The notes below the pieces were generated by a model, which worked only from the letters and a program-made list of their open reading frames with translations, was not told the DNA's origin and made no database searches. A stretch of 35,485 nucleotides of DNA from a virus (Duplodnaviria > Caudoviricetes): positions 1 through 35,485 of IMG/VR virus record IMGVR_UViG_3300017722_000896, one strand, 5' to 3'. A program made the position numbers and the translations under genes. Below, one piece after another: positions 34,625-35,485 of the stretch. The number at the start of each line of letters is the position of its first letter. Position 1 is the stretch's first letter.

Positions 34625-34696
34625 AGAGGATGACGAGATTTGCACTCGCAACCGCTGGTTTGGAAAACCAGCACTCTACTATTGAGTTACATCCTC
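34625..34696 (-). tRNA. tRNA-Gly(UCC), atypical D- and T-loops
   Basis: GAGGATG-TA-ACTC-AATAGTA-GAGT-G-CTGGT-TTTCCAA-ACCAG-CGGTT-GCGAG-TGCAAAT-CTCGT-CATCCTC-T. Confidence 0.85.
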
Positions 34697-34697
34697 A

Positions 34698-34768
34698 TTG
34701 AAGATCCTAGATTCGAACTAGGACAAACTGAGTCAGAGTCAGTTGTGCTACCGTTACACCAATCTTCA
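34698..34768 (-). tRNA. tRNA-Gln(CUG)
   Basis: TGAAGAT-TG-GTG-TAACGGTAG-CAC-A-ACTGA-CTCTGAC-TCAGT-TTGT-CCTAG-TTCGAAT-CTAGG-ATCTTCA-A. Confidence 0.92.
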
Positions 34769-34769
34769 G

Positions 34770-34844
34770 CATTCCCGATAGGATTCGAACCTACGACCTA
34801 GTGCTTAGAAGGCACTTGCTCTAATCCAACTGAGCTACGGGAAT
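34770..34844 (-). tRNA. tRNA-Arg(UCU)
   Basis: ATTCCCG-TA-GCTC-AGTTGGATTA-GAGC-A-AGTGC-CTTCTAA-GCACT-AGGTC-GTAGG-TTCGAAT-CCTAT-CGGGAAT-G. Confidence 0.95.
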
Positions 34845-34850
34845 ATAATT

Positions 34851-35171
34851 TTAGGTAGTAAGCTTCAGGCCAGAACCTAGAATCTTATTTGCTCCTGCTG
34901 GGGCAGTAACAAGACCGCTGACTGCTGAAGTATACTGAGTTTCCATTTCAGGCATCGGATTTAGAGTAAACATAACATGTTCTCCACCAATGTCAATTCC
35001 ATCTTCCGCCTTGGTGTAAGGCATGTATGGAACGAAGCCAATTCGTCCTTCACCCATAGGGATGAGGATATATGGCTTCTTAATCGTATAGTAGCCATCA
35101 TTAGTCTCAACCCTACCGATAAGTTCTTCACCACTAGTTAAACGCAAGATTTGTACATTGCTCATTTTCAT
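34851..35171 (-). CDS. Conserved T4-like hypothetical protein (possible Sm-like fold)
   Basis: V..LRL.SGEELIG, I..P..L.P, ...P.MPY, Y.....GLV pattern; AAGGAG SD (start 35171 or 35165). Confidence 0.75.
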   Translation of the reverse strand: MKMSNVQILRLTSGEELIGRVETNDGYYTIKKPYILIPMGEGRIGFVPYMPYTKAEDGIDIGGEHVMFTLNPMPEMETQYTSAVSGLVTAPAGANKILGSGLKLTT

Positions 35172-35484
35172 TCTCCTTTAGCATTATAGTATACCACTCA
35201 GGTTCAGGATTGCAAGTCCATTTTGCAAACTTGCTTTTTTCTCCCACATAGTACTTACGATAAGCAAGTACGGGATCTCCATGAACCTTGTATTTATCTG
35301 GCATAGCCTGAGCAAAATGAGTCAGACCGCGCTTGGGTAGTTCAGGAATTTGTACGCTCATGGAGTACAAAAGTGGAAAAGACTTATGGCACTTGTTGTA
35401 ACGCCTAGCGTAGATGTGCGAAAGAGCAAGGGCATGTTCCGTTAGCCAGATGTAGTTATCCCTGCTGTATGTGGCCCATAGAGT
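35134..35484 (-). CDS. Pyrimidine dimer DNA glycosylase / DenV-related protein (5'-truncated by window)
   Basis: Frame is open to the window edge: TLWATYSRDNYIWLTEHALAL..IYARRYNKCHKS ... QAMPDKYK...DPV.AYR.YY..EK..FAKW....PEW. Confidence 0.75.
   Translation of the reverse strand, partial: TLWATYSRDNYIWLTEHALALSHIYARRYNKCHKSFPLLYSMSVQIPELPKRGLTHFAQAMPDKYKVHGDPVLAYRKYYVGEKSKFAKWTCNPEPEWYTIMLKENENEQCTNLAFN
35188..35215 (-). promoter_or_regulatory. Sigma70-type promoter
   Basis: TTGCAA-N16-TATACT with extended TG, upstream of the 34851 gene and the tRNA cluster. Confidence 0.7.
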
Positions 35485-35485
35485 A

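Noticed and set aside
1-35485. Alternative genetic code, CRISPR array, introns/inteins, homing endonucleases, reverse transcriptase/DGR
   Set aside because: Genes are full length in code 11 and no suppressor tRNA is present; no regularly spaced DNA repeats were seen; gp17, gp20 and gp23 are uninterrupted; no RT or mobile nuclease motifs were recognised (gp4 is the normal head-completion nuclease).

Overview
The window is a piece of a T4-like (Tevenvirinae/Kyanoviridae-type) myophage genome read in the standard genetic code. From 70 to 25347 a minus-strand virion block runs (in window order) gp23 capsid, gp22 scaffold, an inserted unknown, gp21 protease, a gp67/68-like core protein, gp20 portal, TWO gp19-like tail tubes, TWO short gp18-like sheaths, gp17/gp16 terminase, a gp15 with three added 121-aa domains, gp14/gp13 neck, and a compact baseplate (gp8, gp7-like, gp6, gp25-like, a split gp27-like hub, gp53, gp48). 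A plus-strand unit follows (gp4, gp54-like, gp26, a small gp51-like frame missed by the ORF track, a Pro/acidic protein). Next come gp32 and gp33, late accessory genes (Gly/Thr-rich protein, cupredoxin-motif protein, Pol-beta-type nucleotidyltransferase), and an early-type region with four tRNAs (Ile-UAU, Gly-UCC, Gln-CUG, Arg-UCU), a zinc deaminase and a partial DenV-like gene. The most notable observations are: an in-phase U UUU UUU slippery site that would fuse gp26 to gp51 by a -1 frameshift, like tail-chaperone G/GT pairs; a doubled sheath/tube tail; recurring TA[ACT]ATA late promoters only 4-6 nt from ATGs (leaderless late mRNAs); G-x-T motifs across exterior virion proteins; a tRNA-Ile(UAU) with its own promoter and double-hairpin leader; and early promoters that all have 16-bp spacers. 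All family calls come from motif recognition and synteny by eye, not from database searches.
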